A stretch of 62,013 bases of DNA, the filler included, from Bdellovibrionota bacterium (GTDB taxonomy: Bacteria > Bdellovibrionota > Bdellovibrionia > Bdellovibrionales > JAEYZS01): NCBI GenBank assembly GCA_963169515.1. It is 8 parts of 8 records of this genome, joined end to end, with 100 filler letters (N's around TTAATTAATTAA, not from the genome) between each part and the next. Parts side by side here need not be neighbours in the genome. Positions count along the whole stretch, not along the records: positions 1 to 10,583 come from CAUJEF010000127.1; 7 more parts are not named here. One strand, written 5' to 3'. A program made the translations under genes and the position numbers. Below, piece by piece: positions 1-9,004 of this stretch. The notes below the pieces were generated by a model. The model saw nothing but the letters and a program-made list of their open reading frames with translations, was not told the DNA's origin and did no database searches. The first letter of the stretch is position 1. Every line of letters begins with the position of its first letter.

Positions 1-951
1 TCGGCAAAGACCAAACCATCCAAACCATTTCTTCCTTTCGGAAAACCCATTGAATTAAAAGCAACCGCGTTTGCAAAACCATTCGGCGGTCGAATCGGAC
101 CGTGGATGTATAAACGGTGGTCACGGGAAGCCCCGAGATCCTCAGGCACCTTTCAAGATCGAATTGATTTGACTGTGCCAGAAACTCCGGATCAAGGTGC
201 GCCGATAAATCCTTCCTACGCGGACAAGGCAATACCCAATTATTCTCGATTTCCAGGGGACACCCTTGGATTAAGTTCAATAAAGGCCTTGGTCGCAATG
301 AGCTTTAAAATCAAAAACTTTGAATCCTTAAGAATTCCCTATGATGCGTACAGGCCGATACCAATGGTTAATGGCGACAATTTTGCTCAGACAGATCCGA
401 ATCAGGCAACAGGAAATCCCTATATGGTTCCATCTGATATTTGGGGTGGTCGATTGGTTCCTTGGATACGGAATTTTGAAATGGCGGCAGTGGCCCCGGA
501 TCTTTTTGATATAACATATTATTCAATTGATCCCATGTATGCAAAAAATTATTTACCGTCAGGTGTACAGAAAAGCGAAAGTGATTTTAATTATGACCTT
601 GGCGCGTTGAGCGACGCGGCAAGTTTGCTTTCTACTGGTGTAGAAAATCAAATAAAAGCCGCAAGAGAGTTTACCGATAGTACAAGTGGAAATAACTATT
701 TTATAGTGAAAAAGACAGAACACCTCACAACGGGTTGGTCGCCAGTGGATGCATTTAGTTACGGGCCAAATCCACAGCTATTTGGGAAATGCGAATATCC
801 GACCAAAAATCCCTTTCCCAGCAGCTGTGCGAGCGGGGGACGAGTTGGATATTCTGTTAAAATTGTATCTAAAGACTATTTGATGTCTGGCGAACATCAG
901 TTGGGAGGCCAAGGCGCGGGGCAGGGGCCCATCATAAACCAACCACCATAG
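1..951 (+). CDS. 5'-truncated Tad/TadG-related pilus assembly protein (C-terminal part)
   Basis: Frame 1 is open from base 1 (SAKTKPSKPFLPFGKPIELKATAFAKPFGGRIGPW) into ORF 106..951. AFAKPFGGRIGP and GRVGYSVKIVS resemble Bdellovibrio Tad-domain proteins (recalled, not searched). Confidence 0.45.
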   Translation, partial: SAKTKPSKPFLPFGKPIELKATAFAKPFGGRIGPWMYKRWSREAPRSSGTFQDRIDLTVPETPDQGAPINPSYADKAIPNYSRFPGDTLGLSSIKALVAMSFKIKNFESLRIPYDAYRPIPMVNGDNFAQTDPNQATGNPYMVPSDIWGGRLVPWIRNFEMAAVAPDLFDITYYSIDPMYAKNYLPSGVQKSESDFNYDLGALSDAASLLSTGVENQIKAAREFTDSTSGNNYFIVKKTEHLTTGWSPVDAFSYGPNPQLFGKCEYPTKNPFPSSCASGGRVGYSVKIVSKDYLMSGEHQLGGQGAGQGPIINQPP

Positions 952-965
952 AGGAAGTTAATAGT

Positions 966-1394
966 TTAATCCCCAGTAATAACTCGATCTGAGGGTACAG
1001 GCGGGGGGACTTCACATTTGGGGAAAAAATTGTAACTGGAATATTCTTCGTATGACAGCGGAGTTAACTGGTAGCCTTCGAAAAAGTTCAGGGTTTTATC
1101 TAAATCACGCTCAATATCGTATTCGAACGCAAAGGTATTACCCATACCCCAGCGGCAGGATTCTTTTGAAATTATCAATCCCACTGCAATTTTTTTATCT
1201 CCGCTTTTGTGACGAACGTAAACAATTTCTTTTTTTAGGGAATCGTCGTTATAACAAGGTATGTCTGCGCTGACCTTTAAGGTTTTACCTACAAGCATAT
1301 TCCCCCAGGCTGGGACGAAATAGCAATCCTCAGCAAAAGCTCCGTTTGACAAAAAAGCTAATGTCACCGTGACAGCTGTGATTAGTGATTTCAT
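966..1394 (-). CDS. hypothetical secreted protein
   Basis: Signal peptide ending AFA; AAGGAG RBS; 4 Cys. Confidence 0.65.
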   Translation of the reverse strand: MKSLITAVTVTLAFLSNGAFAEDCYFVPAWGNMLVGKTLKVSADIPCYNDDSLKKEIVYVRHKSGDKKIAVGLIISKESCRWGMGNTFAFEYDIERDLDKTLNFFEGYQLTPLSYEEYSSYNFFPKCEVPPPVPSDRVITGD

Positions 1395-1589
1395 AGAGGA
1401 ACTCCTTAAATAATACAGAAAACATTTTGAGCAACTTTTGTACCAAGGTATACCACCCTTTGCCGTGGAGTGGAGGTTGTTGATAATATTGGTAAAAAGT
1501 TAATGTATAATTAATTCAGGTGGAAAGGGACGGTCTGTTGAACCCATCAAACGAGCGCCCTTTTTTGCGAACTCGGCTTCAAACGAAAG

Positions 1590-1605
1590 TGTCTCAAAAT
1601 GAGAA
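1590..1605. promoter_or_regulatory. palindromic operator-like motif TGTCTCAAAATGAGAA, copy 1
   Basis: TCTCA-AAA-TGAGA palindrome; identical 16-mer at 43491..43506; both copies intergenic. Confidence 0.5.
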
Positions 1606-1713
1606 ATTCAATGTTGATTAACTTTACAGTTTAGTCGTGGTGGAAACGATTTAAACGACGGAAACTCCTCTAAATTCTGCTAACGCGGCATCCATATTGC
1701 TCCGATATGGGTT

Positions 1714-3120
1714 ATGGGGGACCAAATGCAGAAAGTTGTAATTATATTTAGTTTAGGTCTTAGTCTTATTCCCGCATTCAGTCTTGGTGACTCAATAGAG
1801 GGGTACAGGGGAAATGCCACCGTTAGAGACAACTCAGCGGCTTCGGATGAAGCCGTGCCCGAAGAAGTTGTGATCGAGGCAACGCGACTGCCCCCTCTTA
1901 ATGTAGATGTTACGCCTGATATGCAAGATTTTGAAAATGACCTCAACAACATGCCAGCACCAAGTGTATCTTTTGAGTCGGATGGACCTCTGACTGAAGT
2001 TGAGATCACGGCAAAGCACATTTATCGTGAAGACGAAGAATGTACAAGCGCACACGAGAAGGCAATGAGTGCTTGCAATTCAGATAAATTTGCTCGGCAA
2101 GCAGCTCCTATGCTGAGAATGTTTGAGATGCAGTCCGCTTCTGGAAATCTAAAAGCGGCCTGTAGTTCAGCAAAACAAATCAGTGCACTTGCCGCAGGCG
2201 CAAACACCGCACATGCATTTACATGCAAAACAGCACAGGGATCATGTTTAAAAACATGTCGGCAGGCACAGTATGATAGTACTGCAACGAAAAAGATAAA
2301 GGACTGCGAAGCACTTTCAGAGCTGTGGCAAGCGACGTCTTTGCAGGGTGCTGCGAATGCGCTCCAGTACTCCCAGTCTGAACAATGTGAAAAAGAGGCA
2401 AGTGGTGAGTGTGATAATTTTGACAAAGCAAAAAATAATAAAAGCTGCCCGCAGTACTGCCATGTACCAGGCAGACAAACAGACGAAGCGTGTATCCCCA
2501 TCGTAGGAATGTGTAAAGACCCAGCATACGCACGAACAAATCCTATGTGTGTTTGTGTCACCAATCCAAATCATGCAAGCTGTGGGAATGGGGCGCCGAA
2601 TCCGTTGACCCCGCCAGAAATGCCGACCACGGCGGGAAAGAGCCCTTCGGAAAGCTGGATGTCGAGCCTTTTTGGAAATGATGAACCGGATGGCTTTGAT
2701 GGAAATGGCGAATTGCCAAGCCGAAATGGTGGCGGGGGATCGCCTGGTGGGGGTGGCAGCGCGATAGCTCCCGGCGGTGGAAGCGGTGGCGGTTATCAGC
2801 CGAGTGAAGATGGTGGCTACGCCGGAAATCCCCAAGACAATAACATTTTAAATGGTGTCGCGCGCACGGGCGGCGGAATGCCTTATGGATATAGTCGCAG
2901 CGGGGGCGGTAACGGAGCAAGCGGACGTGGCTCTGGATATGGCGGCAAAGAATCAAAAGAATTAAATTTGCGCGACTTTTTACCAGGCGGGAAAAAAGAT
3001 GCCAGAGGAATTGCGAGCAAAGTTATGGCCACAGCGGGTGTTTCGGCATCTGATGGATTGTCGAATTGGGTAAAAGTAAACAGGAAAATGTCTGAAAAAC
3101 GTCCGACACTAATGCCGTAA
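1714..3120 (+). CDS. secreted Cys-rich/Gly-rich hypothetical protein
   Basis: 468 aa: signal peptide, Cys-rich helical middle, Gly-rich linker, short C-terminal motif. Start may be ATG 1726. Confidence 0.75.
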   Translation: MGDQMQKVVIIFSLGLSLIPAFSLGDSIEGYRGNATVRDNSAASDEAVPEEVVIEATRLPPLNVDVTPDMQDFENDLNNMPAPSVSFESDGPLTEVEITAKHIYREDEECTSAHEKAMSACNSDKFARQAAPMLRMFEMQSASGNLKAACSSAKQISALAAGANTAHAFTCKTAQGSCLKTCRQAQYDSTATKKIKDCEALSELWQATSLQGAANALQYSQSEQCEKEASGECDNFDKAKNNKSCPQYCHVPGRQTDEACIPIVGMCKDPAYARTNPMCVCVTNPNHASCGNGAPNPLTPPEMPTTAGKSPSESWMSSLFGNDEPDGFDGNGELPSRNGGGGSPGGGGSAIAPGGGSGGGYQPSEDGGYAGNPQDNNILNGVARTGGGMPYGYSRSGGGNGASGRGSGYGGKESKELNLRDFLPGGKKDARGIASKVMATAGVSASDGLSNWVKVNRKMSEKRPTLMP

Positions 3121-3129
3121 GGGAAAAAT

Positions 3130-4020
3130 ATGAAAATAAGTGTTTTGTTTTTTCTTTTTACTTTTGTTGTGACAAATAGCTCTATCGCTGGGGACAACGC
3201 ACGTGGGGTCGCCAAATTGGCCGCAACTATCGCCGTGAGTACAGCTGTTGCAAATGGTGTTGCATCTCAAAAATTAAAAACAATTTGTACCAAACCAGGG
3301 GGGGTTGGAGTATGGGCCTGCCCAATGGCTATATCAACGGCGGTCCAAGCAGTGATGGATACAAAAGCGGCCAAGAGTGCAAACAATACTGCAAGCCAAA
3401 TTGACTGCCAATACAGTTTCTGTGGTGCGGGCGGCACTGGGGCGACGGGTGCCGAAATAAATCCCTATGGAAATCAGAGCGGGATGTCCCCGGCGGCGTT
3501 GGAGCGAGAGCGGGTTCTTGACGGTGTTGAAAGAAACGCCAATCAAAGCCTTCGTGATGTTGGAAAATTGGGTTATCACGCGAATCCAGATGGATCTGTT
3601 AGTGGGCCAAATGGGAAAAACTATAAAGGGTCCGACTTCGCAAGCCCGCAGGCGATGGCGGCGGCGGGGTTTAGTTCTGATCAAATCGATGCGGCTCAGG
3701 CGGCAATGAAGGATATGCAGAAAGATGCGAAAAATAAGTTTGCAGAGCTTTCAAAAATAATGGCAAACGGCATGGCCGACGCGGGGGCAACGCAAACGAT
3801 ACGGAATAAGAAATTTGTGGGGGAAGAAGACGGCTTTGATATGAGCAAATATCTGGCGGGTCTAAATGGCAATCGAGGGCCTGCGTCGGCGGAACCATTT
3901 GCGGGGCTCAGCAAAAACATGGGGCAGGATTCGATCGGCGTACAGGGCGATAACATTTTTAAAATGATTAACCGCCAGTACGACAATCAACGAAATAAAA
4001 AAACATTTCTGCCGCAGTAA
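3130..4020 (+). CDS. secreted hypothetical protein, same general layout as upstream gene
   Basis: 296 aa with signal peptide, 9 nt after the previous stop; ends IGVQGDNIFKMINRQY. Confidence 0.75.
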   Translation: MKISVLFFLFTFVVTNSSIAGDNARGVAKLAATIAVSTAVANGVASQKLKTICTKPGGVGVWACPMAISTAVQAVMDTKAAKSANNTASQIDCQYSFCGAGGTGATGAEINPYGNQSGMSPAALERERVLDGVERNANQSLRDVGKLGYHANPDGSVSGPNGKNYKGSDFASPQAMAAAGFSSDQIDAAQAAMKDMQKDAKNKFAELSKIMANGMADAGATQTIRNKKFVGEEDGFDMSKYLAGLNGNRGPASAEPFAGLSKNMGQDSIGVQGDNIFKMINRQYDNQRNKKTFLPQ

Positions 4021-4065
4021 TTTGGAGCTTTACAGCCAATAAGAGTATCGTAAGATATTCTTATT

Positions 4066-5172
4066 ATGACAAAAAAGAAAAAATTCCTAAATGTTTTGGG
4101 TATAATGAGCGGTACGAGCCTTGATGGTGCGGATTTTGTTTTATGCAAAATACAAAATACTCCGTTTCAAATGAAATTACTGGATCACGCACATTCGAAA
4201 TTTCCGGCAAAATTAAAAGCACGGTTGCTTCGAGCGGCTCAACACGATCTGAAGGTAAACGAGCTTGGGCTTCTGCACTATGACCTGGGTGAGTTTTATG
4301 CTAGCGAGGCTGCAAAACATAAAAAAAAGAAAAAATGGAATGTCGAGCTTGTCGGTCTGCACGGACAAACCGTATTTCATAGCTCGCAAACGGCAACACT
4401 ACAAATTGGCGAAGCCGGATATTTAAACCAAGAGCTAAAATGTCCCGTCGTTAGCGACTTTCGGTCTCTTGACATCGTGTATGGTGGTGAGGGCGCACCG
4501 CTTGCAACATTGTTCCATAAACAAGTACTTGCAAAAAACAGCTCTGGCCCGATAGCGATTCAAAATTTGGGCGGCATAGGGAATGTGACCTATCTGAATG
4601 GGTCAAAAATTCTGTCTTTTGACACGGGTCCAGCGAATATGTTGATGGACCTGTGGATAAAATTAAAAAAGAAAAAAGATTTTGATAAAGACGGCGAATT
4701 TGCGGCGAGGGGTCTGCCAGATGTTTTGTTGTTAGAAAAAATGCTGAGTCATCCGTTTATCAAAAAAACGCCTCCAAAAAGCTGTGGCCGAGAAGAGTTT
4801 GGAATTAAATTTTTAGAAAAATACAAAAAAAATCTTTCAAAACTTACATTCGAAGATCAAATGGCCACGCTCTTAGAATTCACGGCGCGATCCATTTGCA
4901 TGAACTATACAAGGTTTCTAAAGCCATTACCCCGCAAGCTGTATCTGTGCGGTGGTGGGGCAAAAAATGTGCTTTTGAAAAAACGTCTTCAGTTCCATAT
5001 GCCAAGTGTTGCAATCGGATTTACCGAGGATCTTGGGTGGCCCACACACGTTATCGAAGGGGCTGCGTTTGCGTTACTTGCGGCCTACCGCTATTGGGGA
5101 TTGCCGTCGAATGTTCCACAGACCACGGGCGCAAAAAAAGAAATTTCTCTAGGGAAAATAATAGACATTTAG
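4066..5172 (+). CDS. anmK: anhydro-N-acetylmuramic acid kinase
   Basis: GIMSGTSLDGAD, HGQTVFH, DFRSLD-GGEGAPL, NLGGIGN, FDTGPAN, PPKSCGRE and CGGG motifs. Confidence 0.95.
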   Translation: MTKKKKFLNVLGIMSGTSLDGADFVLCKIQNTPFQMKLLDHAHSKFPAKLKARLLRAAQHDLKVNELGLLHYDLGEFYASEAAKHKKKKKWNVELVGLHGQTVFHSSQTATLQIGEAGYLNQELKCPVVSDFRSLDIVYGGEGAPLATLFHKQVLAKNSSGPIAIQNLGGIGNVTYLNGSKILSFDTGPANMLMDLWIKLKKKKDFDKDGEFAARGLPDVLLLEKMLSHPFIKKTPPKSCGREEFGIKFLEKYKKNLSKLTFEDQMATLLEFTARSICMNYTRFLKPLPRKLYLCGGGAKNVLLKKRLQFHMPSVAIGFTEDLGWPTHVIEGAAFALLAAYRYWGLPSNVPQTTGAKKEISLGKIIDI

Positions 5173-5182
5173 ATTATCCCAC

Positions 5183-5218
5183 GCGTCCGGCTGGCGGACG
5201 CACGGTGCCTGGCGCCCT
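5183..5218. repeat. REP-like unit: GCGTCCG/CGGACGC hairpin + GGTGCCTGGCGCCCT
   Basis: Lies between convergent stops; a similar unit occurs at 7956..8010. Confidence 0.6.
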
Positions 5219-6033
5219 TAGCGCTTTACGCGGAACCAGTCGATGTTTAGGCAGTGGAGGGCTTCGTCGGGCGGGGCTTGAGTTCGCCTCATTATGTCTT
5301 CGATGATGTCGACAAACTTGGATCTGATTTCGCGCGCGACATCTTTTGAAACGACGACGGGGCTGGTATAAAACATTTCGCTGTCATCTTTTGATCCTAC
5401 AAAATTTTCGATGGCCTTAAGCCGCCAGTTTGAATGATGTCGACTGACCAACGGAGAAGTTTTATCTAAATAAAGTCTTTGATGGGTGGCCACATATTGA
5501 TCTGTTTTAATTTTTTTAACTAGATTAACGTGGGTCAAGAATTGCACAGTCTCTTCAACCAGTTCTAGCGGCAGGCCCAAATATTCGGCGACTTTTGGGA
5601 TTGTATTTAGGCTCGGAATCATAAAACATAAACGAATCGCGCCATAGTACCAGTTTGAATAATAAATCGCCTGTGCGGCTCCGCTTAGTTCTAAATCTTT
5701 TTCCACACGGTTTTTGGTGGCCAAAGCTTCGTCTTTCATTTTCTTTAGCTTCTGTTGGTAATGATTCTTCAATCGAACCGTTCCCGATCTTTCTTTGTGA
5801 ACCAATGTTAAAAAATATTCGATTTCATCGCTGTTCAAATTAAAAAACCCCGCAACTTCAAGAGCCTGTTCGTCCGTAAGATCACGATTACCTCTAAAAA
5901 CGTGGCTGATCTGTACAGAACTCACATTCAAGTGTGCCGCCATCTTCCGATACTGACCGTGGCCCTTCTGTGGCATATTGACAATTCGATAGTCGACATA
6001 CTCTTTATAGTTTGAAAAATCATAAACTCGCAT
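5218..6033 (-). CDS. TIGR02147/DUF4423 family HTH protein
   Basis: N-terminal HTH (GQYRKMAAHLNVSSVQISHVFRGNRDL), YYSNWYY, HHSNWRLKAI, C-terminal LNIDWF. Confidence 0.8.
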   Translation of the reverse strand: MRVYDFSNYKEYVDYRIVNMPQKGHGQYRKMAAHLNVSSVQISHVFRGNRDLTDEQALEVAGFFNLNSDEIEYFLTLVHKERSGTVRLKNHYQQKLKKMKDEALATKNRVEKDLELSGAAQAIYYSNWYYGAIRLCFMIPSLNTIPKVAEYLGLPLELVEETVQFLTHVNLVKKIKTDQYVATHQRLYLDKTSPLVSRHHSNWRLKAIENFVGSKDDSEMFYTSPVVVSKDVAREIRSKFVDIIEDIMRRTQAPPDEALHCLNIDWFRVKR

Positions 6034-6161
6034 AAACTTTTAAGCGCTCTTTCGTAATACAAAGTTTACAGTATTGTTAAATATTTCGAAACATACGGGT
6101 CAATTTTTACCCTTAAGCCTGGTTTTATTAATTGGCATTGGTTTCGCAAACCTATGCGCGT

Positions 6162-7208
6162 ATGCGAAATATTTTTAGCTTTATCTTAGCGTTCCTAGCA
6201 GTTGGTCCTGTGTTGGCCGGTGGCGCCGATATTGGCGGCGGTGGCGATCTTAAGCAAAGTACGCCGAGGGAAATAAAAATGGCAGCTGAGCAGGCAAAAA
6301 TGTTTTATGTCGAAAAAGACGTGTTTACACATTTGAACACAAAGTTCAGCGCAGATATCCGTAAAAAAATGGGCGTGTATGAAATTATTAAAAAAATTGC
6401 GCTTTTTAATACAATGGTGTCGGGAGATTTCCCGCCAACAAAACAAATCCTTGCCGATACCGAAATTTTTGTCAGCGCAGAATGTAGATCTGGGGAAAGA
6501 ACTCACGCGGGTTCTGTAACCCAAAACGACATTGGTGGGAAAATCTGCATCAGTAGTAACCATTTTGCAAGTTATCAACCGTCGGAACTGATGCCAGCCA
6601 TGGTAATATTGCTTGCTCACGAATACGCACATATTTTTAGATTTGGTGAAGCAGAGGCTTCGTTGCTTGGAGATTTCTTTGAAAAATATCGTGACGCGAT
6701 CCTTGGTCGAGACAGCGCGTACATGAGAAGAAAGCTGTCCGCAGACGCTCGCATGTTTCGAAATAAGGCTGTACGTTTTTTGGATAAATATATTGGACTT
6801 TTCCCGAGCCAATGGAAAACAAAAAATGGAATGCGATACGTAGAATTCAGCTTTGTCGGCGACCGGGAAGATGTCAGCCGGATGAGAGAAGACGTGGGTT
6901 ACCTGATCGGTGTCGCAACACTACTGGATATTCCAACGCCGGGGCAGGATCTTTCTTTTGAACTCAATCCTGATGGCTATATTATTTTAAAACGAAAACT
7001 CGAATATGTGCGCAAAAACCTTGATACGATGAGCGCAGTTCTGGTCCACGATTTTAAAGAACACACAATTTTTAGCGGCGAGTTTAGAAATTTTCAAAAC
7101 ATTCTGCCGCTCGGTTTTTTTAATGTTGGCGAAACATCTATAGCGCTTACATCAGGGGTTGGCGCCTATCTTAAAATTAATGACCTTGTAATGGATCCAT
7201 ATAAATAG
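6162..7208 (+). CDS. secreted hypothetical protein (GGADIGGGG N-terminus, HEYAH possible zinc motif)
   Basis: Signal peptide from ATG 6162 followed by GGADIGGGG; HExxH present. Confidence 0.7.
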   Translation: MRNIFSFILAFLAVGPVLAGGADIGGGGDLKQSTPREIKMAAEQAKMFYVEKDVFTHLNTKFSADIRKKMGVYEIIKKIALFNTMVSGDFPPTKQILADTEIFVSAECRSGERTHAGSVTQNDIGGKICISSNHFASYQPSELMPAMVILLAHEYAHIFRFGEAEASLLGDFFEKYRDAILGRDSAYMRRKLSADARMFRNKAVRFLDKYIGLFPSQWKTKNGMRYVEFSFVGDREDVSRMREDVGYLIGVATLLDIPTPGQDLSFELNPDGYIILKRKLEYVRKNLDTMSAVLVHDFKEHTIFSGEFRNFQNILPLGFFNVGETSIALTSGVGAYLKINDLVMDPYK

Positions 7209-7330
7209 TTAGTAATATTAATTACTTGATTCGACGCGTTTACATAATAGTAAAAACCTTACGGACAAATTAACAAAATCTATCTAGAAAATAATGCGAA
7301 AAGTCATTACGCTTTCGGCAAGAGGTACTT

Positions 7331-7972
7331 ATGTATGATCTTGCCCATAAATCTTTTCTTAAAAAATTGGTCCACGACCTGAATTCGCCATTAACAGCGT
7401 TGGAAATTGCGTTGGTTAAAATGACAAACAGACAACAGTTTCAAGAGGCTCTGAGATTGGCAACAGCGGCAAATCGACAAATCCAAAAAACACTACTGTC
7501 TTTTTTGGCTAAATCTGATAGCAAGCCAGAAGGCTTACTTGTCAGCGATATCAAAGAAATCATATCAGACATTGCGTTGACATTAGGAATTGAGGGTCAA
7601 CTGTTAGCTTCAATAGATCCTGTAATCGAGGCCCATGCATTTCGCCAAAGCAAGGGAGATTTGCATCGAATCCTTTTAAATCTTTTGAAAAACGCGAAGG
7701 ACGCCTCATTTCATGGCGAACCAATCAAGTGTCAAATTTCCATATCGAATGGAGTGTTTGAAATTCAAGTTGTTGATTCCGGATGTGGCATTAACTTGAA
7801 TAATCTTCCATTTATTTTTGACTCTGGATTTACAACGAAAGGCGGCTTGGGGGCAGGCATTGGTCTTTCAATCACAAAGACGCTTGTAGAAAAGTATGGC
7901 GGTAAAATTCAAATCTGCAGTCAGGTCGGCTATGGAACAAGCGCGAAAGTTACTTGGTGCCTGACACCCTAA
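7331..7972 (+). CDS. sensor-less histidine kinase (HisKA + HATPase_c)
   Basis: H-box VHDLNSPL, N-box NLLKNAKDA, DSGCGI, GFTTK, GAGIGL. Confidence 0.85.
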   Translation: MYDLAHKSFLKKLVHDLNSPLTALEIALVKMTNRQQFQEALRLATAANRQIQKTLLSFLAKSDSKPEGLLVSDIKEIISDIALTLGIEGQLLASIDPVIEAHAFRQSKGDLHRILLNLLKNAKDASFHGEPIKCQISISNGVFEIQVVDSGCGINLNNLPFIFDSGFTTKGGLGAGIGLSITKTLVEKYGGKIQICSQVGYGTSAKVTWCLTP

Positions 7973-8010
7973 AGCGTCCGTTTACCGGACGGCTGGTGCC
8001 TGGCACCCTA
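7956..8010. repeat. REP-like doublet GGTGCCTGACACCCTA - CGTCCG/CGGACG hairpin - GGTGCCTGGCACCCTA
   Basis: Two near-identical 16-mers flank a hairpin and overlap the 3' ends of two convergent ORFs. Confidence 0.6.
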
Positions 8011-9004
8011 TAATCTGGTTGCGGATGACGGAGTTTTTGGGAACGGTTGCGCCATCTAAGAGAACGGCGTTTGCAATGTGGCATCCGGCACCGATGGAAA
8101 CCTGATCCCCTAAGACGGCAAAACCTTCAAGTTTTACGCCGCCGCCGACAGAAAATTGTTCGCTGGTCAAAAGACAATCAAGCGCTGAAGTATTCATCGG
8201 CTTATCAAAAATACTGTTTTTTGTGAACAGCCGAAACTGCGGGTGGAACTGCCTCTGCAAGCCCATCAAATATTGAGAATTATTTTGTAATTCCTTAATC
8301 AAAAAACGAGTCGAGGCCAGATAATCCGCCGCATTTCCCGTTTCAAACCAACGCCCCGAAGTTTTATAAGTTTGTACCAATTCACCAGCCATCATCGCGG
8401 GTATAAATCCATCCTCAAATACATGGCTTTCGCCAGGAGGAAGAAACTTGAATATTTTATCAGAAACAATCATGAAGCCAACAAAGTGAAAACCATTTAT
8501 CGCGTCTGGCGGCCGGGATTTGCCGAGGGCGACAACTTTGCCATTTTTGTCTTCCCAAATGGCCCCCCAACCCTGGCTTTCAATGCGTGGGTCTTCAATT
8601 ACAACAAGCGTCGCCAGGGCTTTGTTTTTTAAATGAAATTCTTTTGCGCGTTCTACAAACCCAGGATTATCAGCCAAAAAAATACTGTCGGAGTTAAAAA
8701 CGCAAAAATTTCCATCGCCTTTTAAAAAGGCCTCTGCATTTTTGATTCCCCCGCCGCTGCCCAAAAGCGCGGGACCGTCCGATATAACTTCCGCACCAAA
8801 GTTTTTAGCATGTTTTGCCAGTGTTTTTTTTAAAACATCTTCAAGATGAAAGGTGTTTAAAATGATTTTTGCCTCAGGGGGAAGATATTGAACCGGATAA
8901 AACATCATTGGTACATTCAACAGGGGCATGGCCGGTTTTGGAATTTTTTCTGTAATCGGCTTTAGGCGAGCGCCTCGGCCGGCAGCCAACATCATAAACT
9001 TCAT
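7982..9004 (-). CDS. sugar-phosphate nucleotidyltransferase, MurU-like, with C-terminal beta-helix region
   Basis: MLAAGRGARLKPIT-PKP and LLGSGGGIKNA motifs; translationally coupled to the AmgK-like kinase. Confidence 0.85.
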   Translation of the reverse strand: MKFMMLAAGRGARLKPITEKIPKPAMPLLNVPMMFYPVQYLPPEAKIILNTFHLEDVLKKTLAKHAKNFGAEVISDGPALLGSGGGIKNAEAFLKGDGNFCVFNSDSIFLADNPGFVERAKEFHLKNKALATLVVIEDPRIESQGWGAIWEDKNGKVVALGKSRPPDAINGFHFVGFMIVSDKIFKFLPPGESHVFEDGFIPAMMAGELVQTYKTSGRWFETGNAADYLASTRFLIKELQNNSQYLMGLQRQFHPQFRLFTKNSIFDKPMNTSALDCLLTSEQFSVGGGVKLEGFAVLGDQVSIGAGCHIANAVLLDGATVPKNSVIRNQIIGCQAPAVR

